Below, one piece after another: positions 1 to 9,299 of a stretch of 64,000 nt of DNA. A program made the position numbers and the translations under genes. Source of the stretch: Nitrosopumilus sp. (GTDB lineage: Archaea > Thermoproteota > Nitrososphaeria > Nitrososphaerales > Nitrosopumilaceae); assembly GCA_965219345.1 (NCBI GenBank), contig OZ244732.1:736001-800000 (forward strand), in the 5' to 3' direction. The notes under the pieces were generated by a model. The model saw only the letters and a program-made list of their open reading frames with translations, did no database searches and had not been told where the DNA came from. Each line of letters opens with the position of its first letter. The stretch's first letter is position 1.

Positions 1-77
1 ATAATAAGGATCAGGATCATATTGTTTAATCTGTTTTAGATATATTTCACAATCTTTTATCATTTTTTCTATATTCA

Positions 78-458
78 TTAGTCTTTGTCAGATTCAAAAG
101 TTGTATATTTTGATCGTGCTTTCAAACTTGTTGCTAATTCTTTGAAAATTTCATTTACACTAACATCAACTAAATTAATTGTTGCATTTTCCTTTACTAT
201 TTGTTTTTCAAATTTTTCTTTAATTGCAAAAGATACTGATGACCAATGTAGGGTTCCTTTCAATTGTTCTTCAACTGTGATATTTGTTGTTGGAAAATTT
301 GCTGGTGAGAATACAATTCCATTTGTCCATTGCATTGTGGGAATTCCTCCACCTGATGATCTTGTACTAAATGCTATTTGTTTAACCCAATCATCAAATC
401 TGTATTCAATTACTTCATGAATAATCAATTTTTTCCATGGTTCTACTGAGATTTCCAT
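78..458 (-). CDS. conserved hypothetical protein
   Basis: 126-aa ATG ORF with normal composition in core region; no recognised motif. Confidence 0.7.
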   Translation of the reverse strand: MEISVEPWKKLIIHEVIEYRFDDWVKQIAFSTRSSGGGIPTMQWTNGIVFSPANFPTTNITVEEQLKGTLHWSSVSFAIKEKFEKQIVKENATINLVDVSVNEIFKELATSLKARSKYTTFESDKD

Positions 459-568
459 TTGATCATACTATTCTCAAACCAATTATAATCTTATTTTTTT
501 GAGCCTAATTCGTTGAGTCTGAAAAACAAAAATAATCAAGCCTTTTCTTAATTTGCAATTTCACAGGA

Positions 569-1090
569 TTACATCTGTCCTGACTGCCATGCCTGATTAA
601 ATTTTTTGATGGCTTCTTGATATGCCATAATTGAATCATCACCTGATGTTTTAAGAAATTTTTCCCACTGTTCATTGAATTTTTTAATTGATTCAATATT
701 GGTTTCTTTGAAAATACTTTCAATCATCATTGACTGTTGTTTAATAAATTCAGGACCAATTTCTTCCCATGTATTTTCCCAACTTGAAGTTACTTTTTTT
801 AATAATTCTGCATCTGTTTCTAATGCTTTTTGACATGCATCGTTATATGTTATTAGAGTTTCATTTGTAGCTTTTTGCCATTGTGCAAGAGACTCTTTCC
901 AACCAGTTAATGCAGCATTGTAATTTGTCCATACTTTTTCAAATTCTAGTTTTTTTGATGAAGGTTTTGCTTGTTTTTTTGGTTTGGCAGTTGTTTTTTT
1001 GACTGACTTCTTTTTACGAGTGCTTTTTTTCTCGGCAGTTGTTTTTTTGACTGACTTCTTTTTACGAGTACGTTTTTTCTTGGTAGCCAT
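569..1090 (-). CDS. hypothetical protein with Lys-rich N-terminal repeats and Trp-rich helical C-terminal domain (phasin/PhaE-like composition)
   Basis: N-terminal TRKKKSVKKTTA duplicated; amphipathic helical C-terminus. Confidence 0.7.
   Translation of the reverse strand: MATKKKRTRKKKSVKKTTAEKKSTRKKKSVKKTTAKPKKQAKPSSKKLEFEKVWTNYNAALTGWKESLAQWQKATNETLITYNDACQKALETDAELLKKVTSSWENTWEEIGPEFIKQQSMMIESIFKETNIESIKKFNEQWEKFLKTSGDDSIMAYQEAIKKFNQAWQSGQM
986..1069. repeat. two 36-bp direct repeats with 48-bp period inside the Lys-rich ORF
   Basis: ggcagttgtttttttgactgacttctttttacgagt at 986 and 1034. Confidence 0.85.
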
Positions 1091-1161
1091 ACAATAGTTT
1101 GAAAATAGTAGGTGTTAAATCTTTCAATAATTTTAAAATTTAAAAAAAATCTAATGAATTT

Positions 1162-1320
1162 TTATTGAAATCCTGATGCTTTGGTAAAGTTTGTAAGATG
1201 CTTTTTGTCCTTATTTTTGAATAATTTGTAGTGCTCTTTGCATAGATTTCTGCTTTCTCTAAAACCAATTTTTACTGTATCTGTTGCTTTTAACTTGCAT
1301 TCGGAGATACTACATTGCAA
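1162..1320 (-). CDS. small putative Zn-binding protein (52 aa, below ORF-track cut-off)
   Basis: TTG start; translates MQCSISECKLKATDTVKIGFRESRNLCKEHYKLFKNKDKKHLTNFTKASGFQ (CxxxxC...CxxH). Confidence 0.55.
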   Translation of the reverse strand: MQCSISECKLKATDTVKIGFRESRNLCKEHYKLFKNKDKKHLTNFTKASGFQ

Positions 1321-1411
1321 TATGGCAAATAATCCACATTTACTAATAAAACTTTGAAATTATGTTATTACCTTCTACTAACTTTTTATGATTGCATTAT
1401 GTCGAAAAACT

Positions 1412-1621
1412 ATGAATGATGATGAGAAAGGTAAGAGATTTTTAGAATCAATTGATGAGCAAAACAATCTTCAATGGAGTATTGTTGCAAAATTATCTTC
1501 TTTAATTACCTTAAAATGGAATTCTATTGAATTACAAAACGAGCTTGAAACATTAGTAGAAAAATATTCTAAAATTACTAAAGAGCTTAACAGTCTTGAT
1601 GAGAATAGCAGTATTTTATAG
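1412..1621 (+). CDS. hypothetical coiled-coil protein
   Basis: MNDDEKGKRFLE... helical ORF convergent with heme o synthase gene. Confidence 0.6.
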   Translation: MNDDEKGKRFLESIDEQNNLQWSIVAKLSSLITLKWNSIELQNELETLVEKYSKITKELNSLDENSSIL

Positions 1622-2545
1622 TGCAGAGTCTACCATTAATGCAATAAACAATACTGCCAAATAGGGACTAGAAAATTTAAACAAAGTCCATGAGGCTTTT
1701 TCCATAGGCTTAACTATCACCCATATTGATAATGCTAACATTAATGCGCCTGATGCAACCGCAGTCCATAGATATATTCCACCTACCATCTCTTCACCAT
1801 TTTCTGTTGTTATGAAGAATGGGGCAATTGAAAACAATACCATTACAACAGTTGAACCTGCAATTACTCTTGCCGATGTTTTTTCAGATTGTACCGCAGT
1901 TAACATTGGAACATTAACTTTGTTGTAATCATCTTTGAAATGTAAGGTCAGAGCCCAAATATGCATTGGAATCCAAATAAACACCAAACCTGCCATTGCA
2001 AGACCCATAGTCCATAAATCTGACATGCTTACAGCTACCCATCCAATCAAAGGTGGTGAACCTCCACATAAACCCCCTAAAATTATGTTTGTCCTTGATC
2101 TTCGTTTTAATGCATACGAGTAAACAAGAATGTTGTTCAGCAGTCCAAATGCAATGAATGTAGTTGCCCACGCACCTTGTTCTAATGTTGTAGTGAACGA
2201 AATTCCAAATGCTAAAGCTAACGATATTCCAGCTAATACCAATCCAAAATTCCTTGCTTTTTCTGCTGGATAGATTCTCTTTGATGGAAGAGGTCTGTCC
2301 TTCGTTCTTTCCATTATTGCATCAATATCTCTGTCATGATAGTTTGTCAAAGTGTTAGCGGCAGCTGAACCTGCTGCAACTGAAAATAACATTAACATCC
2401 ATGTTGCTGGAGAAATTTCAATATCATAAATATTGGATGCTGTTAATGCAGCACCAAATGCAGTAAACACCAGTAAATACCAAATCTTTGGCTTTGTTAA
2501 TTCATAGTATACAGCAACACGAGATTCTGACTTTTGTTTTTGCAA
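1616..2545 (-). CDS. cyoE: protoheme IX farnesyltransferase (heme o synthase)
   Basis: YYELTKPKI, NYHDRDIDAIMERTKDRPLPS UbiA-family motif, WIPMHIWAL, multiple TM helices. Confidence 0.95.
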   Translation of the reverse strand: MQKQKSESRVAVYYELTKPKIWYLLVFTAFGAALTASNIYDIEISPATWMLMLFSVAAGSAAANTLTNYHDRDIDAIMERTKDRPLPSKRIYPAEKARNFGLVLAGISLALAFGISFTTTLEQGAWATTFIAFGLLNNILVYSYALKRRSRTNIILGGLCGGSPPLIGWVAVSMSDLWTMGLAMAGLVFIWIPMHIWALTLHFKDDYNKVNVPMLTAVQSEKTSARVIAGSTVVMVLFSIAPFFITTENGEEMVGGIYLWTAVASGALMLALSIWVIVKPMEKASWTLFKFSSPYLAVLFIALMVDSAL

Positions 2546-2547
2546 TG

Positions 2548-3015
2548 CTAGTCGCTATCCTTTGACGACATATATGGCATTGCCTTAGTTCGTGATTTCA
2601 TCTCAATAAACGATTCTGAAGACTGAATTCCTTCAATTCTGCCAATTTGTTCAGAGACTATTTTATGCATCTGATCTAATGATTTTGAATACATAGTTAC
2701 CAGTATGTCAAATCTACCTGTAACTTCTGCAACCTCTCTGACACCATCAATCTTGAATAATTCCTCAATTATATGATCGCGTTTTTTTGAATTCATATTA
2801 ATTCCAGTTAATGCCTTTACGATGTAACCAAGCTCATTATCGTTTACAACAATTGTAAAACGTTCAATTAATTTTCTTTTAACTAGTCTTTTGATTCTTG
2901 AATAAATTACTGATGAGTTAACATCAATCTTTTTTGATAAACGGGGAACCGAAATTGATGCATCATTAGATAACTCGGATAAAATTTGTAAATCTAAATT
3001 ATCTACTTTTACCGT
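2548..3015 (-). CDS. Lrp/AsnC family transcriptional regulator
   Basis: frame extends upstream of the ORF-track start: VKVDNLDLQILSELSNDASISVPRLSKK...SVIYSRIKRL (HTH) plus C-terminal EVTGRFDI RAM domain; first codon after upstream stop is ACG. Confidence 0.88.
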   Translation of the reverse strand, partial: TVKVDNLDLQILSELSNDASISVPRLSKKIDVNSSVIYSRIKRLVKRKLIERFTIVVNDNELGYIVKALTGINMNSKKRDHIIEELFKIDGVREVAEVTGRFDILVTMYSKSLDQMHKIVSEQIGRIEGIQSSESFIEMKSRTKAMPYMSSKDSD

Positions 3016-3086
3016 TCAAAACACCTGAGTCGATCTAGATTTCTTGTTCTTATAAAGTTATTATTGTAAAAATTGCAAAAAATAGT

Positions 3087-4163
3087 CTAAATCTTGCCTT
3101 TTTTGTATAGCATTTCTGCTAGCAAAACTGCACCTTTTGCTGAACCCATTTTCTTGTTGTGTGAGAACAACATGTATTTGAGTCCATGATCAAACAGTTC
3201 CTCTTTTTCTACTCTTCCAATTGTTGTGGTCATTCCACCACCGACAGATCTTTCCATTCTTGGTTGAGGTCTTGTTGGATCTTCATGAAATGCATAGTAT
3301 TTTTCTGGAGCTGAAGGCAATCCTTCAACTGAAATATTCTGATTGTAAGAATTGTAAAGTTCTTTGGCTTTTGTAGGATCAATCTCATCTAAAGTCTCCA
3401 CAAAGACAGATTCAGTATGTCCGTCAATTACAGGAACTCTAGTACATGTACAGCTAACCTTAATGTCTGCATCCTCAATTTTACCATCCTTGAGTTTTCC
3501 TAAGATCTTTCTTGTCTCAGTTCTAACTTTTTCTTCCTCTTTTGGAATGTATGGTAGGATATTATCTGTTATTCCCATTGCAGATACTCCTGACTTCCCA
3601 CCTCCAGAGATTGCCTGCATTGAGGTCATCATAACTTTTTTTGCTCCATATTTATCAAGTAAGGGTTTTAGTGTAATTGCTAAACCCGTGGTAGTACAGT
3701 TTGGCAGAGGTGCTACCCAGCCTTTCCAGTTACGGTTTTTCTTTTGAGTTTCAAGTAATTCAGCTTGCTCATCATTAATTCCTGGAATGAGAATTGGGAC
3801 GTCTTCTTCATATCTATATGCAGAACTAGTTGAAATTACTGGCAAGTCTGCTGCCATTTTAGTTTCAATATCTCTTGCAGCTACAGATTCTACTGCTGAA
3901 AATACTAAATCTAATTGTGATACGTCAATATCATCAATTTTTTTTACAGTCATTGACTTGATGTATTCAGGTATTTCTCCACCAACATCCCATGCTACGA
4001 TTCCACTTGCATCTTTGATCGCATCCAAATAGTTCTTATCTGCTGAACGCTCAGAAGCTGCAATTTGAGTTACCTCAAACCATGGGTGGCTCTCTAAACA
4101 TTGGACAAATTCTTGCCCTACAGCACCTGTTACTCCGATAATTACAACTCTTTTTTTATCCAT
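3087..4163 (-). CDS. asd: aspartate-semialdehyde dehydrogenase
   Basis: GVTGAVGQ Rossmann motif, PNCTT active site, QAISGGG, RVPVIDGH. Confidence 0.95.
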   Translation of the reverse strand: MDKKRVVIIGVTGAVGQEFVQCLESHPWFEVTQIAASERSADKNYLDAIKDASGIVAWDVGGEIPEYIKSMTVKKIDDIDVSQLDLVFSAVESVAARDIETKMAADLPVISTSSAYRYEEDVPILIPGINDEQAELLETQKKNRNWKGWVAPLPNCTTTGLAITLKPLLDKYGAKKVMMTSMQAISGGGKSGVSAMGITDNILPYIPKEEEKVRTETRKILGKLKDGKIEDADIKVSCTCTRVPVIDGHTESVFVETLDEIDPTKAKELYNSYNQNISVEGLPSAPEKYYAFHEDPTRPQPRMERSVGGGMTTTIGRVEKEELFDHGLKYMLFSHNKKMGSAKGAVLLAEMLYKKGKI

Positions 4164-4246
4164 AATTGGATAGTTGATCGCTTTCAATTAATAATCGTTT
4201 TTCAGACTACCAAAAGATACTATATTGCCTGTATCTATCTTCAACT

Positions 4247-5326
4247 GTGAAAATAAGCATAAAACGCAATATTGCAACACATAATCCTGTAGCTCATGGA
4301 GGTAGATACTCTGTAGATAATAGAGATCCTGGTATTGTAGATTTCAGCTCAAACATAACTCCTGCTGGAATGCCAATTTCTGTTAAATCAATCTTGAAAA
4401 GAAGACTGGGTCAAATGGAATACTATCCGGATTCAAATTCCAGTGATTTGATATCCAGCCTCAAAAGATATACTAGGTTACCAAAATCAAACCTAATTGT
4501 TGGAAATGGCTCAATTGAGATAATCTATAATTTCTGTAGTGCAGTTTTATCAAAAAAACGTATTTTGATACCCACACCCACATTTGGAGAATATGAAGCT
4601 GCAGCAAAACTTGCTGATTGTAAAATTACTTTTTTTAAAACAATGAATCTTGCTGAAAATCTTGATTCATTTATTTCTCAAATTCCTGCAAATGGATGTA
4701 TCTTTATTTGCAACCCAAATAATCCCACTGGAACTATTTTATCTAAAAAACAATTGATAAAAATTCTGTTATCTGCTAAACACAAATCTTGTCTTGTATT
4801 TGTTGATGAATGCTTTATTGAACTAGTTCCACAATCAAACCAATCTATCCTAAATTTAGTAAAAACACATGATAATCTCTTTGTATTAAGATCACTTACC
4901 AAATCGTTCGGTTTAGCTGGTATTAGAATTGGATATGCTGGAGCTTCAAAACAAATTATAGATATTCTACAAAAGATGAAAATTCCTTGGAGTGTTAATG
5001 CTTTAGCTCAAGAAGCAGGCATAATTGCAATCAAAAACGAATCACATCTTATAGAATCAAAATCTATCATAAAAAAAGAATCAGGATTTCTTAAAAACAA
5101 AATTGCTGATATCCAAGGTTTTGAGTGTCATGATTCTTCAACCAACTTTATTCTAATTAAAACAAAACAAGACTCTACGAAACTCCAAAGAAAATTACTA
5201 AAACACAAAGTTTTGATTCGAGATTGTAAAAACTTTCGTGGTCTAAATAATCATTACATTAGAATTGCAGTAAAGTCTCACAAAGATAATCTAAAACTAG
5301 TACGAGCATTGGAGGCAGTAACATGA
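4247..5326 (+). CDS. cobD: threonine-phosphate decarboxylase (cobalamin pathway, PLP class I/II)
   Basis: HGG, DFSSNI, CNPNNPTG, VDECF, RSLTKSFGLAGIRIGY; first gene of cob cluster. Confidence 0.88.
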   Translation: MKISIKRNIATHNPVAHGGRYSVDNRDPGIVDFSSNITPAGMPISVKSILKRRLGQMEYYPDSNSSDLISSLKRYTRLPKSNLIVGNGSIEIIYNFCSAVLSKKRILIPTPTFGEYEAAAKLADCKITFFKTMNLAENLDSFISQIPANGCIFICNPNNPTGTILSKKQLIKILLSAKHKSCLVFVDECFIELVPQSNQSILNLVKTHDNLFVLRSLTKSFGLAGIRIGYAGASKQIIDILQKMKIPWSVNALAQEAGIIAIKNESHLIESKSIIKKESGFLKNKIADIQGFECHDSSTNFILIKTKQDSTKLQRKLLKHKVLIRDCKNFRGLNNHYIRIAVKSHKDNLKLVRALEAVT

Positions 5327-6162
5327 AATCTTTGATGGTTCAGGGAACCACTTCTGGTGCTGGTAAGACTATACTAGTTGCGGCATTATGTAGAATATTT
5401 TCTGATAATGGCTACAGCGTAGCACCATTCAAATCACAAAATATGTCAAATTTTGGTTATGCCACGCCTGATTTTGAGATATCCCGTGCTCAGGCAATCC
5501 AGGCGATAGCTGCTAGATGCCAAATAGAGTCAGATCTTAATCCTATAATGCTAAAGCCATTAGGAAATTACTATAGTACAGTCTATCTCAATGGTAAGCG
5601 TTACAAGAAAATGCATGCAAAGGATTACTATGCAAAATTTGTAAAATCAAAAGGAATCAAAGCCGCAACTGATTCTTTATCTAGACTCAAGAAAAACCAT
5701 GATTTGGTAATTTTAGAAGGAGCAGGTTCCCCGGCTGAAATCAATTTACAAAATTATGATATTGCCAATATGCAGATTGCTCAGCAAGCAAATGCGTCTG
5801 TTTTGTTGATATCAGATATTGACAAGGGAGGTTCTTTTGCAAGTTTAGTTGGAACTATGACATTAATTGAGAAAAAATATCAAAAACTAGTCAAGGGATT
5901 TGTATTCAACAAGTTTCGTGGAGATATTGATGTACTAAAGCCAGGATTTAGAAAACTAAAACAAATTACCAAGATTCCAGTTTTAGGAACTATTCCTATG
6001 ATAAAGATGAACATCCCTGAAGAGGACTCACTTAATGCAAAACCAAAAGAGATTGCTTGGACCAAAAATAATATTACTAAAATAGATAAAGAACTAGACA
6101 AGTTAGCAAAAACTGTAAAAAATAACCTAGATATAAAAACAATTGAGAGGATGATAAAATGA
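5323..6162 (+). CDS. cbiP: cobyric acid synthase (synthetase domain only)
   Basis: QGTTSGAGKT, PFKSQNMS, EGAGSPAEINL, NKFRGD, IPEEDS. Confidence 0.92.
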   Translation: MKSLMVQGTTSGAGKTILVAALCRIFSDNGYSVAPFKSQNMSNFGYATPDFEISRAQAIQAIAARCQIESDLNPIMLKPLGNYYSTVYLNGKRYKKMHAKDYYAKFVKSKGIKAATDSLSRLKKNHDLVILEGAGSPAEINLQNYDIANMQIAQQANASVLLISDIDKGGSFASLVGTMTLIEKKYQKLVKGFVFNKFRGDIDVLKPGFRKLKQITKIPVLGTIPMIKMNIPEEDSLNAKPKEIAWTKNNITKIDKELDKLAKTVKNNLDIKTIERMIK

Positions 6163-7130
6163 TTCTGGAGTCTATTGTAACTGTTGCATTTGCGTTAGGA
6201 TTAGACTTTGCATTTGGAGATCCTAAGAGTAAATACCATCCAACTGCATGGATTGGAACATTAATTGCAAAGCTAACACCACTAGCAAAAAATCCAAGTG
6301 CATTTGTTGAAAAACTTGGAGGAATTCTTATAGTTACAATAACTGTTGGAGTTGTAGTTGCATTACTTTTAATTTTAGACACTGGAATTTCATTATTTAC
6401 AACTGATTTGGTAACCCTAGTTATCTCGGTTGTAGTTGGAGTGATGCTCCTTAAGACTACTATTGCTATTCGAGGCATGGAACGCTACGCTCGTGCTGTG
6501 GTAGATTCTCTAGAGCAAGATAATTTAGATTCTGCACGAGCAAATCTATCCATGATTGTTAAAAGAAATACCAAGAATTTGGACAAAAATCACATAATTT
6601 CAGGCGTACTTGAGAGCATAAGTGAAAATACTGTTGATGGTATTACTGGACCACTATTCTATTATGCTCTATTTGGTTTACCTGGAGCATTTGTATATAG
6701 AGTAATCAACACTGCAGATTCAATGATTGGATACAAGACTGATATTTTCAAAAATGTAGGATGGTTTGGTGCAACTTGTGACACAATTTTAAATTATATT
6801 CCATCTAGACTAACGGGATTAGTAATGATCATTTCAGCTGCAATATTACAAAATAATTGGAAGGAATCATACAAAATAATGATTAGAGATGGCAAAAAAA
6901 CAGAAAGTCCTAATGCAGGGTATCCAATGGCTGCATTGGCAGGAGCTCTTGGAACAAAGTTTGAAAAGGTAAATCACTACAAGTTAGGCAATGGTGAAAT
7001 TTCTCTAACAAAAGAACATGTAGACTCTGCACTTACAATGATGAAAGTTACTTCAATTCTTTTCTTTGGAATAGTAATAATTCCAATAATTTCTATTTTA
7101 TCACTCGTTGGATGGTGGGTTCATGCTTAA
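6159..7130 (+). CDS. cbiB: adenosylcobinamide-phosphate synthase
   Basis: GDP..HP, ESISENTVDG, YRVINTADSMIGY, SPNAGYPMAA. Confidence 0.93.
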   Translation: MILESIVTVAFALGLDFAFGDPKSKYHPTAWIGTLIAKLTPLAKNPSAFVEKLGGILIVTITVGVVVALLLILDTGISLFTTDLVTLVISVVVGVMLLKTTIAIRGMERYARAVVDSLEQDNLDSARANLSMIVKRNTKNLDKNHIISGVLESISENTVDGITGPLFYYALFGLPGAFVYRVINTADSMIGYKTDIFKNVGWFGATCDTILNYIPSRLTGLVMIISAAILQNNWKESYKIMIRDGKKTESPNAGYPMAALAGALGTKFEKVNHYKLGNGEISLTKEHVDSALTMMKVTSILFFGIVIIPIISILSLVGWWVHA

Positions 7131-7848
7131 AGAAATTGGCTCTGTTTTTTCATTTCTGACAATCTTTCCATCATCAAATGCAACTTTAGAAAGTACTGCA
7201 AAATACATGTATGTTTTTCCTATTGTTGGAATTGCAATTGGACTTTTAGTTGGTTCATTTGGTTTTGGATTATCTTTCTTTTTAGATCCTTTGTTAGTTA
7301 GCTTGTTAGTGGTTGCTTCCATTGCAATTGTTACTGGAATTCATCATGCAGATGGCTTGGCTGATTTTGCTGATGGGCTTATGGTGAAAGGAAGTAAAGA
7401 TAGGAAGCTAAAAGCAATGAAAGATCTTTCTACGGGCTCCGCAGGAATTGTTGGAATTGTTTTGTATCTTATTGGGTTGGTAATAACTATCTCTCTTACA
7501 AATGGATTTGATTTGTTTAGGGCAATTTTGATCAGCGAAATTCTGGCAAAATTCTCAATGGTATTAATGGCAAGTTTGGGAAACTCAGCTGCACTAGGCT
7601 CAAATTCTCCTTTTGTAGCTATTATGAAAGACAAGAAAAAACTTGCAGCTGCATTCATCATTATGTTAATTCCAGTAGCTGTAATTGGTGAGACTACTGG
7701 ACTAGCAATGCTTGGTGTAACAATTGCCCTGACAATCTTTCTTTTAGCTATTTCTACTCGTAGTTTTGGTGGAATTACTGGTGATGTTCTTGGTGCCACA
7801 AACGAACTTACAAGATTGGCGTCTCTGATGGTATTTGTATCGATATGA
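7123..7848 (+). CDS. cobS: adenosylcobinamide-GDP ribazoletransferase (cobalamin synthase)
   Basis: FSFLTIFP, TGIHHADGLADFADG, MKD, FGGITGDVLGA. Confidence 0.93.
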   Translation: MLKEIGSVFSFLTIFPSSNATLESTAKYMYVFPIVGIAIGLLVGSFGFGLSFFLDPLLVSLLVVASIAIVTGIHHADGLADFADGLMVKGSKDRKLKAMKDLSTGSAGIVGIVLYLIGLVITISLTNGFDLFRAILISEILAKFSMVLMASLGNSAALGSNSPFVAIMKDKKKLAAAFIIMLIPVAVIGETTGLAMLGVTIALTIFLLAISTRSFGGITGDVLGATNELTRLASLMVFVSI

Positions 7849-8429
7849 TTGGTCTTGTAATGGCGGGTGGCAAAGGTAATCGTATGGAGTTAGATCATGA
7901 AAAACTATTACTCAAATACAAAAAACCTATAATCCTTCATGTAATTGACTCATTAAAAAATTCAAATTGTTTTTCAAAAATTTTAACTGCTACTAGTTCC
8001 AATTCCCCTAAAACAAAAAAGTTTCTGCAGGAAAATAATGTTGAAACTTTTGACACTCCTGGAATTGGTTATGTAAAAGATCTAAATTTAGCACTTAAAA
8101 CTGTCAACGACGTGGTTTTAGTTACTTCTGGTGATTTGCCTTTATTAGATAAAGAAGTTATACAAAAAATTGTAACAAACTATGATTCTCAAAATATTTG
8201 GACTAGCATTCTTGTCACAAACAAATTTTTAACTACTCTTGGAATTGAATCTGATTATTCTATAAATTTTGATAATCAAGCATGTCATTATACGGGAATT
8301 TCTTTAGTTAATTCAGAAAAAATCTCTTCGCTTGAAAATTTAGAAGAAAATTATATCATAATTGATGATAAGAGAATCGCATTTAATATAAATACAAAAC
8401 AAGACTATAATTTACTCAGCACTGCCTAA
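7845..8429 (+). CDS. cobY: adenosylcobinamide-phosphate guanylyltransferase
   Basis: MAGGKGNRM..EK, TPGIGYVKDL, GDLPL, NINTKQD; last gene of cob cluster. Confidence 0.85.
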   Translation: MIGLVMAGGKGNRMELDHEKLLLKYKKPIILHVIDSLKNSNCFSKILTATSSNSPKTKKFLQENNVETFDTPGIGYVKDLNLALKTVNDVVLVTSGDLPLLDKEVIQKIVTNYDSQNIWTSILVTNKFLTTLGIESDYSINFDNQACHYTGISLVNSEKISSLENLEENYIIIDDKRIAFNINTKQDYNLLSTA

Positions 8430-8609
8430 GATTTTTCCATTTATCTTGGCTTTTGATCCTGTTGGTTCTGCAATGGTGTTACCACAGGAATTGCATGCAA
8501 CTAATGTTGACGCATGAGAATAAACTACTTGAGGTTCACCACATTCATCGCAGTTAACTTTTTGAAATTTGCTAGATGGTTCTGGAATTTCAATATGATC
8601 TCTTTTCAT
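8412..8609 (-). CDS. rps27e: 30S ribosomal protein S27e
   Basis: PSSKFQKVNCDECGE, CNSCG, PTGSKAKI. Confidence 0.96.
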   Translation of the reverse strand: MKRDHIEIPEPSSKFQKVNCDECGEPQVVYSHASTLVACNSCGNTIAEPTGSKAKINGKILGSAE

Positions 8610-8887
8610 GCTGCCACCAACTCAAATTTCTTAATTCTAATGCCTGGTTTATTGTATTTCTTTTTACATACAGTACATGTCATAATAGGAGTAACTTTTT
8701 TTGTAACTTTGGCTGGTTTTGCTAGTTTTGGGAATTTCTGTCCACCATATCCATGTTTACGTTCTGCATGTCGGCGTTCACCTCTAGCAGAACCACGTCT
8801 TTTTCCAGCTTTGTAAATGGAGACCTTTTGTTCAGTATGTGTTTTACATTTAGGACAATACTTTCTGATCACCTTGGGAATGTTCAT
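8606..8887 (-). CDS. rpl44e: 50S ribosomal protein L44e
   Basis: YCPKCKTHT, GYGGQKFP, KVTKK, CTVC. Confidence 0.96.
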   Translation of the reverse strand: MNIPKVIRKYCPKCKTHTEQKVSIYKAGKRRGSARGERRHAERKHGYGGQKFPKLAKPAKVTKKVTPIMTCTVCKKKYNKPGIRIKKFELVAA

Positions 8888-8927
8888 ATCAACAAAACCT
8901 CTTCAACCGTAATTTAAGCATTGAATC

Positions 8928-9055
8928 GGTTCTGGTAAAAAATAGTGATCAAGATCACCAAATTTTAACAGCAGGGTTCATAATGTGATATTTTCAATTA
9001 ATTCAGGCATAAAATAATCCCATATTTCATCAGATCATCAGAATCTTCCAGAACC
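8928..9055 (+). mobile_element. 128-bp IS6-type MITE, copy 1
   Basis: termini GGTTCTGG...CCAGAACC; reverse-complement copy at 21181-21308; no ORF. Confidence 0.88.
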
Positions 9056-9299
9056 GGCATTATTTATAGAATAGTATCGATCAGAATAAAATTTCAAGGT
9101 AAAGGATCATGTCCTCTCTTGTACCCTGAGAATTTCCTATACTCATAATCAGTTAGCGGAGTTTGGCATTTACACTTACAAAAGGTTTTCATGCGGTTCT
9201 GCTAAGTTATGGGGATATAGAATGAAATATGAATTTTCTCCAGATTGAACATGCGATCAATGCTTACTGTTATAATCTGGATATTTTCGATTATTTTGT

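Noticed and set aside
9094-9192. 32-aa ORF MKTFCKCKCQ...YKRGH on the minus strand
   Set aside because: Too short and abuts the IS6 TIR; may be a gene tail but cannot be supported.
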